A stretch of DNA of 64,000 nt. Source: a bacterium (lineage in GTDB: Bacteria; Hinthialibacterota; Hinthialibacteria; Hinthialibacterales; Hinthialibacteraceae). The stretch covers positions 608,001-672,000 of the forward strand of contig CAXXMV010000001.1 of NCBI GenBank assembly GCA_963662285.2, given 5' to 3'. Positions 9,490-18,406 of this stretch are shown one piece after another; the stretch's first letter is position 1; every line of letters starts with the position of its first letter. Both the position numbers and the translations under genes were made by a program. The notes under the pieces were generated by a model. That model was not told the origin of the DNA, searched no databases, and saw nothing but the letters and a program-made list of their open reading frames with translations.

Positions 9490-11040
9490 ATGTGGAAAAA
9501 AGTATCGATGGTTATTGCGGTTGCTGCTTGCGTGGCTCTTCTTGCTCCAGCATCAGCCATGAGTCAAGGAAAAGTTGACGAACTGGAAAAGAAAATTCAG
9601 TCCATGGAAGCTCAACTAAATGAATTAAAAACCATGTTGCAATCGCAGCAAGCTGCTCCAGCCGAACCAGCAGCTCCTATTGCGCCAGGCAAAAGCGAAA
9701 TGACGTTGATCGGCAAGGGTGGAACTCTGGAAATAGGCGGCGACATTCGCCTAAGAGGCCTCTTCTTCGATAACCTGTGGGATTTCGATGGCAGCAACGA
9801 TTTCGATCAGCGCGAAGTCTTCCGCTTCCGTCCACGGGTCTATTTTGATTGGAAACCAACTGACGATATGGAAGCTTATGTCCGCGTAGCCAAAGAATGG
9901 TTCTATGGCCAGGACAACGAACGCCTCGGTTACGATGTCGAAGGCAAAGATGTCATGTTCGACAACGCCTGGGGTCAATATTCTGATATTATGGGTACAG
10001 GATTAACCCTTCGTCTTGGTCGTCAAGACCTGATTTACGGCGATGGTTTCGTGCTCCTGGATGGTACGCCTCAAGATGGTTCAATGACAATCGCATTCGA
10101 CGCCGCTAAATTAACGTGGGCGCACGATTGGGGTTCAAGTGATCTGATTTACGCCAAACTTCATGAAAATAACAACCAACGAGCCGATGATGAAGATCTA
10201 TATGGACTTTACAACAAGTTTAAGTTTGATGATTATGGTCTAGGTCTGGAACCATACTTCCTGGTTCGCAACAAGAACGACGCTGTAGATACAACAGGCA
10301 TTGGCCCAGCCACTTATCCATTTGCCGCGTATGATCCATCACCAAAAGAAGAAACATTCCTTCTTGGCGCACGCGCTACCTATAATCTAGATGTTGCTGA
10401 AGACGTCAATCTTGCTTTTGCAGCTGAGGGCGGCAAGCAATTTGGAGAGATGGATTTCTCTAACAGTCCTCTAGTAGGCGTCAATCCAGCTAGTGGTTTC
10501 AGCCGTTTTGGCGGCGACGATACAGTTGACCGCGATGCATGGGGCGGCCAGTTCCACGGCACATTGACCTTCAAAAGCGTCCCATGGACGCCAAGCGTCA
10601 AAGCAGGCGTCTCTTATATGTCTGGCGATGATCCCAACACAGCTGATTACGAAGGATGGGATGATTTCTACGGACAGTGGCCTAAATACAGCGAATTGTA
10701 CGTCTATTCGCTTTATGATGGTTTCAAATTCCTTAATGGCGGCAACGACGTGGACGTCGGCGTATGGTCAAACATGATCATCCCCGAACTGAAAATCACC
10801 ATGAAACCAACTGATCGTTGGACTCAGACTCTGCGCGCGTTATATTTCCTGGCCGACGAAAAAACCGGTCCTGGCAATGGCAACGAACGTGGACTCAACC
10901 TGCAATGGTTGACCGAGTACACTTTCACCAAAAACCTGAGCGGCCACGTATTGTTTGAATGGATGGATCCAGGCGATTACTACGGTCCAGACGCAGATGA
11001 TGCATTGTTTACCCGTTTTGAGGTTATGTACAAATTCTAA
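9490..11040 (+). CDS. Outer-membrane beta-barrel porin (alginate export family-like)
   Basis: Signal peptide, coiled coil, LGRQDLIYGDG, SGDDP, terminal YKF. Confidence 0.8.
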   Translation: MWKKVSMVIAVAACVALLAPASAMSQGKVDELEKKIQSMEAQLNELKTMLQSQQAAPAEPAAPIAPGKSEMTLIGKGGTLEIGGDIRLRGLFFDNLWDFDGSNDFDQREVFRFRPRVYFDWKPTDDMEAYVRVAKEWFYGQDNERLGYDVEGKDVMFDNAWGQYSDIMGTGLTLRLGRQDLIYGDGFVLLDGTPQDGSMTIAFDAAKLTWAHDWGSSDLIYAKLHENNNQRADDEDLYGLYNKFKFDDYGLGLEPYFLVRNKNDAVDTTGIGPATYPFAAYDPSPKEETFLLGARATYNLDVAEDVNLAFAAEGGKQFGEMDFSNSPLVGVNPASGFSRFGGDDTVDRDAWGGQFHGTLTFKSVPWTPSVKAGVSYMSGDDPNTADYEGWDDFYGQWPKYSELYVYSLYDGFKFLNGGNDVDVGVWSNMIIPELKITMKPTDRWTQTLRALYFLADEKTGPGNGNERGLNLQWLTEYTFTKNLSGHVLFEWMDPGDYYGPDADDALFTRFEVMYKF

Positions 11041-11108
11041 GCCACACCCTCTGGTTGATTCGGAGGATTACCGGAGAAGCCAGTTATGAGATCATAAGAT
11101 AACCCGAA

Positions 11109-11144
11109 TGGGGTGCGTTCCTCTTTGTAGAAGAACGCACCCCA
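11109..11144 (+). promoter_or_regulatory. Intergenic 12-bp stem-loop (mRNA stability or partial termination)
   Basis: TGGGGTGCGTTC / GAACGCACCCCA; no U tract. Confidence 0.5.
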
Positions 11145-11174
11145 CTCCCAAAAATCGTGGAGGATCGATTAACT

Positions 11175-12365
11175 ATGAGAAAATACCTAGTCTTTGCTAT
11201 AGGAATTGCGCTTCTATTTGGAATCTCTTGCAGTCCGGGCGACCAGAATGCCGGAGATCCAACAAAAGCGGCTGTAAAACCAGTTGTCAAAGAACCGATT
11301 AAAATCGGCGCTATTCTCGCTATCACTGGCAGCGCTTCATGGCTCGGTGAACCGGAACGCAACACCATTGTGATGATCGCCGAAACAGTCAACGCCGCCG
11401 GCGGTATCAATGGCCGTAAAATTGAACTGATTATTGAAGATTGTGAAGGCGCTCCAGATAAAGCCGTTACATCTATCAATAAATTAATAAAGCAGGATAA
11501 TGTTTGCGCCATTGTCGGCCCATCCCGCAGCGGCGTGGCCATGGCCCTCAAGCCTATCGCTGAAGAAAACGAGGTTCCACTGATTGCCTGTGCGGCAGCT
11601 GAAGATATTGTTAATCCCATCAGTAAATGGGTTTTTAAGACGCCTCAAAACGACAGCGACTGTGTTATCCGCATTTATGAGCACATGAAATCGGTTAATA
11701 TCAGTAAAATCGCCATCATTACCGGTACAACTGGTTTTGGCGCCGCAGGACGCAAACAGTTGATATCCATCGCCGCAAAGATGGGGATCACGATTGTGGC
11801 GGATGAGACATACAATCCGACTGACACCGATATGACAGCTCAGTTGACCAAGATTCGCGGTACGGATGCGCAGGCCGTGGTCAACTGGTCAATCGTTCCG
11901 GCGCAGAGCATCGTTCCCAAAAATATGAGCCAACTCACCATGACTATTCCTCTTTATCAAAGCCATGGATTTGGCAACATAAACTACGTCAAGCAAGCCG
12001 GACCGGCAGCTAATGGAATCATCTTCCCGGCAGGCGCATTGCTGGCCGTCGATTCTTTACCAGCTACCCATCCCCGTAAAGCCTTGCTGACCCAGTATGC
12101 AAAAGACTACCAAGCCAAGTTCAACGCCCCCGCCAGTACATTCGGCGGACATGCTTATGATGCTTTGCATCTGGTTATCAACGCCTTGAAAAAAACTGGC
12201 TCAGATGATAAAGCCGCACTGCGTGACGCCATTGAAAGCACCACCAATTTCGATGGCACGGCAGGCACATTCAACTATTCTGCTACAGACCATTGCGGTT
12301 TGAAAAAAGACGCCTTTGAATTGATTACCGTAAAAGATGAAAAGTTCGTCCTTTATACGCCATAA
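11175..12365 (+). CDS. livK: Branched-chain amino acid-type ABC transporter substrate-binding lipoprotein
   Basis: Lipobox GISC; IKIGAIL, GGINGRKIEL, YDA motifs; RBS GGAGGA. Confidence 0.88.
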   Translation: MRKYLVFAIGIALLFGISCSPGDQNAGDPTKAAVKPVVKEPIKIGAILAITGSASWLGEPERNTIVMIAETVNAAGGINGRKIELIIEDCEGAPDKAVTSINKLIKQDNVCAIVGPSRSGVAMALKPIAEENEVPLIACAAAEDIVNPISKWVFKTPQNDSDCVIRIYEHMKSVNISKIAIITGTTGFGAAGRKQLISIAAKMGITIVADETYNPTDTDMTAQLTKIRGTDAQAVVNWSIVPAQSIVPKNMSQLTMTIPLYQSHGFGNINYVKQAGPAANGIIFPAGALLAVDSLPATHPRKALLTQYAKDYQAKFNAPASTFGGHAYDALHLVINALKKTGSDDKAALRDAIESTTNFDGTAGTFNYSATDHCGLKKDAFELITVKDEKFVLYTP

Positions 12366-12402
12366 TATGATTGCTTGCATCAGAATCGTGATATTGACGA
12401 TT

Positions 12403-12436
12403 ACCGGGGGCATGATAACTCATGCCCCCGGTTTTT
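12403..12436 (+). terminator. Rho-independent terminator after livK
   Basis: ACCGGGGGCATGA / TCATGCCCCCGGT stem followed by T run. Confidence 0.8.
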
Positions 12437-12512
12437 AATCCGCAATATCCATAGCGCTTTGCTCCACTAACATAATTAAGATTTTGCATTAAATTGTCAT
12501 GATTCCAGCAGG

Positions 12513-12688
12513 TTAGAGAGATTGCCAAAAGTTTATTTTTAAGATAAAGGTAGTATTCCTTCTCCAAGGAGGATGTTAGGAGAGAGTTGGCTGGTCGCAA
12601 CGCAACCCCCCTCTAACTCCCGCCAGACTTGGGGCGGAGAATACTTATACTTATCTAACCAAAAATATAATTTTGAGAATCACTCTAA
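12513..12688. mobile_element. MITE-like element with TTAGAG-ended imperfect TIRs enclosing a family-1 REP
   Basis: 28-bp ends match 23/28 as inverted repeats; similar ends at 7561-7677 and 26676-26790. Confidence 0.55.
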
Positions 12689-12712
12689 TTAATTATCGCT
12701 TTTGAGGTTTCG

Positions 12713-13612
12713 ATGGAAATAAGTATCTGGACTCAGCTTCTTCAATACCTGGTCACGGGGATCAGCATAGGCAGCATCTATGGCATGGTGGCCATCGGCT
12801 TCAATATCATCTATAACTCCACCGGTATAATAAACTTCGCCCAGGGCGAATTCGTTATGCTGGGCGGTATGATCATGGTTACTTTAACTCAGACGTTCGG
12901 GCTTCCCATGCCGATTGCTTTTATTCTTACCACCGTCATGGTGTCGCTGATCGGTGGATTGTTTGAACGGCTGGCCATTCTACCCATGAAAAACGCCAGC
13001 GTGCTGACATTGATTATCATCACTATCGGCGGATCGATTGTGATGAAGGGCATCGCCATGTTTATCTGGGGTAAGGATTCTTATATGTTACCCCATTTCT
13101 CCGGCGAAGTTCCCATCACCTTCATGGGCGCATCAATCCTCCCCCAGACTATATGGATATTGGGGATCATGTTCACCACCGTGGCGCTGCTTACTATCTT
13201 TTTCAAATTCACCATAATCGGAAAAGCAATGCGCGCCTGCTCGTCGAACAAGACCGCCGCAATGTTGATCGGCGTAGACGTGCGCAAAATGGTATTATTC
13301 TCGTTCATGCTCAGCGCCGCTATCGGCGCCATCGCCGGAATGATTATCACGCCTATTGCGCTGGTTGATTATAATCGCGGCTTCATGCTGGCGCTTAAAG
13401 GTTTCAGCGCCGCCATCCTGGGCGGCTTAGGCAACAGCGCTGGCGCCGTAATCGCCGGATTCATCCTGGGGATTCTGGAATCAATGGGCGCCGGATTGAT
13501 CTCTTCGGGTTATAAAGACGCCATCGCTTTAGTGGTGCTGTTGGTGATCTTGTTTGTACGTCCTAGTGGATTATTCGGCAATAAAGAGGCATCGAAATTA
13601 CAGTCGTTTTAG
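12713..13612 (+). CDS. livH: ABC transporter permease LivH
   Basis: GIINFAQGEFVMLG, GKAMRA, LKGFSAAILGGLG. Confidence 0.92.
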   Translation: MEISIWTQLLQYLVTGISIGSIYGMVAIGFNIIYNSTGIINFAQGEFVMLGGMIMVTLTQTFGLPMPIAFILTTVMVSLIGGLFERLAILPMKNASVLTLIIITIGGSIVMKGIAMFIWGKDSYMLPHFSGEVPITFMGASILPQTIWILGIMFTTVALLTIFFKFTIIGKAMRACSSNKTAAMLIGVDVRKMVLFSFMLSAAIGAIAGMIITPIALVDYNRGFMLALKGFSAAILGGLGNSAGAVIAGFILGILESMGAGLISSGYKDAIALVVLLVILFVRPSGLFGNKEASKLQSF

Positions 13613-13644
13613 AGTTGTCGGTAAAATAACGTATTGGAATCAAA

Positions 13645-13860
13645 TTCTCCCCCCAAGCCTGGGGGGAATTAGAGGGGGGGTTGCGCTTTGATCAACCAAC
13701 CCCCTCCTAACCTCCCCCAGGCTTGGATGGGTGGCAAGGGCAAGACCGCATTGCGGTCAGCCCTTGATCAAACCACCCATTACTTGGAGAAGATCTATAG
13801 GGGAGGGCGCTTTGATCAACCAACCCCCTCCTAACCTCCCCCAGGCTTTGGGGAGGAAAT
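13645..13860. repeat. Composite REP cluster: family-2 copy between 42-bp direct repeats of family 1
   Basis: GCGCTTTGATCAACCAACCCCCTCCTAACCTCCCCCAGGCTT at 13683-13724 and 13807-13848. Confidence 0.8.
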
Positions 13861-13920
13861 TAAACACGGAAGTTGACTGATTTATTTGAAATATAAAATA
13901 AATAATATTGAGTTAGATAT

Positions 13921-14880
13921 ATGAGCCGTAACAATTTACTTTCCGTAACAGGTTTTATTCTTCTGATTGCGCTTATGCCTTTTATTGTGGGTACGGGCAG
14001 CTATTGGATCAATGTCATGGTGCTGATGGGCATCTATTCGATCATCACTATGGGATTGAGTTTGCTTATGGGATACGCCGGACAGATATCCCTGGGTCAC
14101 GGCGCTTTTTTTGGAATGGGGGCCTACGCCTCCGGACTGCTATGCACCCAGTTGAATTTTAATCCCTGGCTGGCCATGTTGACCGCTATGCTCTTGACCT
14201 GCGTGGCGGCATACCTGATCGGACTGCCCACCCTGCGATTGCACGGACACTACCTGGCCATGGCTACTCTGGCTTTTGGACAGATCATGGTCATCACCGT
14301 CACTGCTGAAGTCGGTTTAACTGGCGGTCCATCCGGTTTTGGCAGCATCCCCAGATTGTCCATCTTGGGTTTTGTTTTGAAAGATGACCTGGTCTACTAT
14401 TATTTTGTATGGATTATGGTTGCGATTGTATTAATCATATCTTTTAATATCATCCATTCACGCGTCGGCCGCGCCTTACGCTCCATCCACGGAGGCGAGC
14501 AGGCCGCCAACGCCATGGGAGTCAACACCGCAGCTTACAAAGTTCAGGTATTCGTGCTTAGCGCCGCTTTCGCTTCATTAGCGGGCAGCATGTACGTCCA
14601 TTACGTAACCTTCATCAGCCCCACATCATGCGAACTAAAATTCTCCGTCATCCTGGTGGTCATGGTTGCCATTGGCGGCATGAATCACCTTTGGGGCGCC
14701 ATATTGGGCACAGCGCTGCTGGCTGCTTTACCTCAGTTCTTAAAAGTTTTTCATGATTTTGATATTCTGGCTTATGGTTTAATACTTATGCTGATTATGA
14801 TCTTTTCCCCCGACGGGATTTTCGGCGGTATGGCCTCACTCATTAATCGTTTGCGCCATCGCCATATAAAGAGTGGATAA
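13921..14880 (+). CDS. livM: ABC transporter permease LivM
   Basis: GYAGQISLGHGAFFG, LRLHGHYLAMATLAF, GLTGG. Confidence 0.92.
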   Translation: MSRNNLLSVTGFILLIALMPFIVGTGSYWINVMVLMGIYSIITMGLSLLMGYAGQISLGHGAFFGMGAYASGLLCTQLNFNPWLAMLTAMLLTCVAAYLIGLPTLRLHGHYLAMATLAFGQIMVITVTAEVGLTGGPSGFGSIPRLSILGFVLKDDLVYYYFVWIMVAIVLIISFNIIHSRVGRALRSIHGGEQAANAMGVNTAAYKVQVFVLSAAFASLAGSMYVHYVTFISPTSCELKFSVILVVMVAIGGMNHLWGAILGTALLAALPQFLKVFHDFDILAYGLILMLIMIFSPDGIFGGMASLINRLRHRHIKSG

Positions 14881-14882
14881 TA

Positions 14883-15656
14883 ATGCAAGAGGGAAGCACC
14901 TTACTCGAACTCACAAACGTAACCCGTAGATTCGGCGGCCTGACGGCGGTCTCTTCGGTCAATCTATGCGTCGCCGAAGGAAAAATCAAAGCGGTCATCG
15001 GCCCAAATGGAGCGGGCAAAACCACCCTGTTCAACCTTATCAGCGGCGTACTTCCAGTTTCCGAAGGAACTATACATTTTAATGGCGACCAATTAACCGG
15101 ACGTAAATCTTATGCTGTTGCGCGGATGGGAATATCCCGCACCTTCCAAACCGCCGCTATCTTCCACAACATGACCATACTCGAAAACGTCATGATCGGA
15201 CGCCATATCAGAACCAAAGGTCAATTGCTGGGCGCTGCATTCAAAACGCCAAGATCCAGACTCGAAGAGAAACAGATGAAAGTTGACGCTGCGCACTGGC
15301 TGCAATTCATGGACGTCAACGTCGATTATAATACCCTGCCCGGCGAACAGCCTTTCGTCATCCACCGTAAGGTGGAGATTGCGCGGGCGCTGGCCACTGA
15401 ACCACAATTGATTATGTTGGACGAACCAGCGGCGGGTCTAGATATCCGCGAAACCGAAGAGATGGCCGAACTGATTCAGAAAATATGCAAACACGGAGTC
15501 ACTCCCCTTATTATCGAACACGATATGTCTCTGGTTATGGAGATATCCGATGAAGTTTTCGTATTGAATCACGGCGCTAAAATTGCCGAAGGTACGCCGC
15601 GTGAAGTGCAACAGAACAAAGATGTGATCGCCGCTTATCTGGGAAAGGAGAAATAA
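14883..15656 (+). CDS. livG: ABC transporter ATP-binding LivG
   Basis: GPNGAGKTT, LDEPAAG, IEHDM. Confidence 0.92.
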   Translation: MQEGSTLLELTNVTRRFGGLTAVSSVNLCVAEGKIKAVIGPNGAGKTTLFNLISGVLPVSEGTIHFNGDQLTGRKSYAVARMGISRTFQTAAIFHNMTILENVMIGRHIRTKGQLLGAAFKTPRSRLEEKQMKVDAAHWLQFMDVNVDYNTLPGEQPFVIHRKVEIARALATEPQLIMLDEPAAGLDIRETEEMAELIQKICKHGVTPLIIEHDMSLVMEISDEVFVLNHGAKIAEGTPREVQQNKDVIAAYLGKEK

Positions 15657-15660
15657 TCCC

Positions 15661-16395
15661 ATGCTGCGAATCACTAATCTGGTCAGTTATATCGGTCGCG
15701 TCGAAATCCTCAAAGGCATATCTCTGCACGTTCAAGAGGGAGAGATTGTCACGCTTATCGGAGGCAACGGCGCCGGAAAAAGCACCCTGATCAATACTAT
15801 CGCCGGGTTGATCCCCGCACGTGAAGGAAGCATTAAATTTCTCGAACGCGAAATAAGTAAACTGGCGCCGCCACGAATTGTACGAACCGGCATCGCCCTG
15901 GTTCCCGAAGGACGTCAGTTATTCGCATCCATGACCGTGGCCGACAATCTTCTACTCGGTTCTTATTGCCGGTACAGCAACAAAAACAAGCAAGATATCA
16001 AAGAACAGATGGAATCCGTTCTGGAACTCTTCCCCATACTGCAATCACGCAGCAGCCAACTGGCGGGAACCCTCAGCGGTGGCGAACAGCAGATGCTTGC
16101 CATCGGACGGGCGCTTATGTCCAGCCCTAAGTTGATCCTGTTGGACGAACCATCAATGGGATTGGCGCCCAGGATTGTGGAAGAGATTTTCGAGACCATC
16201 GATCAGCTGCGCCAAAGAGACCTGACCGTCATGCTAATCGAACAAAACGCACGCATGGCGCTCGAACTGGCTGACCGGGGCTATGTAGTCGAAACCGGAC
16301 AAATCGTTATGGAAGGCGATTGCGAAGACCTTAAACGCAACAATGAAATTGAACGCGCCTATCTGGGCAAGGGCTATAAAGAGATTTGGGAATAA
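15661..16395 (+). CDS. livF: ABC transporter ATP-binding LivF
   Basis: GGNGAGKST, LSGGEQQMLAIGRAL, LDEPSMGLAP. Confidence 0.93.
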   Translation: MLRITNLVSYIGRVEILKGISLHVQEGEIVTLIGGNGAGKSTLINTIAGLIPAREGSIKFLEREISKLAPPRIVRTGIALVPEGRQLFASMTVADNLLLGSYCRYSNKNKQDIKEQMESVLELFPILQSRSSQLAGTLSGGEQQMLAIGRALMSSPKLILLDEPSMGLAPRIVEEIFETIDQLRQRDLTVMLIEQNARMALELADRGYVVETGQIVMEGDCEDLKRNNEIERAYLGKGYKEIWE

Positions 16396-16412
16396 TTGAG
16401 AGTTTTGCAAAT

Positions 16413-16514
16413 GTAGGGGCGCCTTTCATGGGCGCCCGGTATATCAAACAGTTTGCGAATGTGGAAAAGCCAAAGGGAATTTTTATTCGGGTAACCACAA
16501 GGGATTACCCCTTC
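16413..16514. repeat. Degenerate GTAG-type REP pair (REPIN-like)
   Basis: GTAGGGGCGCC...GGCGCCC and inverted partner GGGTAACC...GATTACCCCTTC. Confidence 0.55.
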
Positions 16515-16545
16515 ATTTCCTTGATGGGCGCAAGGAGAAAGTATC

Positions 16546-17841
16546 ATGTCAATCATAGACCCTAAACATGAAAGTCTCAGCAGACCGGAAATTCGTCAAC
16601 TACAGTTGGAACGCTTGCAGGCCATGCTGAACCGCGTAGTACGCAATGTCTCTTACTATCAGCATTCATTTAAAGAAGCCGATATTCTGCCAACTGATAT
16701 CCGTTCTCTCAGCGACCTTTCCAAAATCCCCTTGCTTACGCGGGATATCTTAAAAGAGAATCAGCCCTACAATATGTTCGCGGTTCCACTGCGCGAGGTG
16801 GTTCGCCTGCATCCCAGCCGCTCTGGACTGGCCGATCCAATCGTCATCGGGCATACCAAAAACGATATCTTTGTATGGACTCACCTCAAAGCACGCAGCT
16901 TCTCCGCCGCTGGTATTAATCAAAATGACATGGTGCAGGTTTATCTGGATTACACTCTGTTCCCCGGCGCCGTTGTAGCCCATTACGGCGCAGAACAACT
17001 GGGCGCCTGCGTTACCCCCCTATACAGCATTCCCATCGCTAAACAGATAGAGATTATGCGCAATTACCGCACTACGGTTCTTATATGCACCCCGACCCGT
17101 GCGCTGCATATAATGCGCTATATGCGGGAAAATAGCATTGATCCCAAAGATATGTTCCTTCGCACGGTTGTTTTAGTGGGTGAAAGCTGGTCGATCCGCA
17201 CTCACCGGCAGATTGAAGAAAACCTTCTGGTTGATGTATACGGTAATTATGGAGTAAGTGAAATCTGCATTCCCGGCATCTCCTATGAATGCGAAGTCCA
17301 TTCAGGACTGCACATCTGCGAAGACCATTTCATCGCCGAGATTATCGATCCCAAAACCGGCGAGACGCTGCGCAACGATCAACGCGGCGAATTGGTGCTT
17401 ACTACATTGACCAAAGAGGCCTTTCCGCTTATCCGCTTCCGTACCGGTGATATAACCACTCTCAATGAGGATGAATGCCCCTGTGGAAGAACATTTCTAC
17501 GCATGGAAAACGTCACCCGCCGCGCTGATGACATGCTGATCGTTGAAGGGGTTGAATTCCTCCCGGCAGAAATCGGAACCATTCTGACCAACATCGAACA
17601 TGTTACATCCAACTACCGTTTGATAATCCAAAGCGAAGGCATTCGCGACCGGCTGGAAGTGGAAGTCGAAATGACGCCGGACATATTTATCGATCAACTG
17701 GGGCCGCTTGAAGCATTGCGCGAGAAAATCGAAGAAGACATATTCGACCGCCTGCGCATCAAGCCCATCATTAAACTGGTCGAACCGCAAAGCCTGGAAG
17801 GTCAGGAAAAAGTGGTTGATATGCGGGAAACCGACAGGTAG
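16546..17841 (+). CDS. Phenylacetate-CoA ligase-like protein with degenerate P-loop
   Basis: LQLERLQ, YPYN-like QPYNMFAVP, HYGAE, YGVSE, TTLTKEAFPLIRFRTGD; SSGTTG motif missing. Confidence 0.8.
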   Translation: MSIIDPKHESLSRPEIRQLQLERLQAMLNRVVRNVSYYQHSFKEADILPTDIRSLSDLSKIPLLTRDILKENQPYNMFAVPLREVVRLHPSRSGLADPIVIGHTKNDIFVWTHLKARSFSAAGINQNDMVQVYLDYTLFPGAVVAHYGAEQLGACVTPLYSIPIAKQIEIMRNYRTTVLICTPTRALHIMRYMRENSIDPKDMFLRTVVLVGESWSIRTHRQIEENLLVDVYGNYGVSEICIPGISYECEVHSGLHICEDHFIAEIIDPKTGETLRNDQRGELVLTTLTKEAFPLIRFRTGDITTLNEDECPCGRTFLRMENVTRRADDMLIVEGVEFLPAEIGTILTNIEHVTSNYRLIIQSEGIRDRLEVEVEMTPDIFIDQLGPLEALREKIEEDIFDRLRIKPIIKLVEPQSLEGQEKVVDMRETDR

Positions 17842-17884
17842 GGAAATAGTCAAAAAAATGCCTGCTTATAGTTCCCTCTCCCAC

Positions 17885-18234
17885 CGGGCTGATCTTTCCC
17901 CAAAAGTTTTGTTATTATTAATGGCTATGAAGAGATCAATACGGGTGCCAAGGGCAGCGTCCTTTCTGCCCTTGAAAGATAACTATTGAAAAACGGGAAA
18001 ATTTCTATGATATTCACGTTTTTATCCTAATTTTAGTCCAACTATTAATAATTGAACGTTAATCATAATTCAATTTATTGAGTAAAACGTTGATACAAAT
18101 ATTTGGAATAAAAGAGGTAAACTCTATCAAGGGCAGAAAATACACTGCCCTTGGCACCCGTGATTATCCTATCTTCAGTTAATAGTATTTCTTATAATCT
18201 CTCATATTGATATTTTTGTGTAAAGATCAGCCCG
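17885..18234. mobile_element. 350-bp MITE-like element with perfect 13-bp TIRs
   Basis: CGGGCTGATCTTT (17885-17897) / AAAGATCAGCCCG (18222-18234); contains two inverted family-2 REPs. Confidence 0.65.
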
Positions 18235-18406
18235 CCGTGAGGGATAGGGCTAGGGTGAGGGGAAATCTAAAAACACTCGCACACGCGCTAGAAACAGTCT
18301 ATTTTTTCACCATTAACTGACAACCACAGAGAATCAAAACCAATAATCATATATAATAGACCTGCCATATTTCATAGAACATAATCCAATTATGCGAGAA
18401 GATCCC

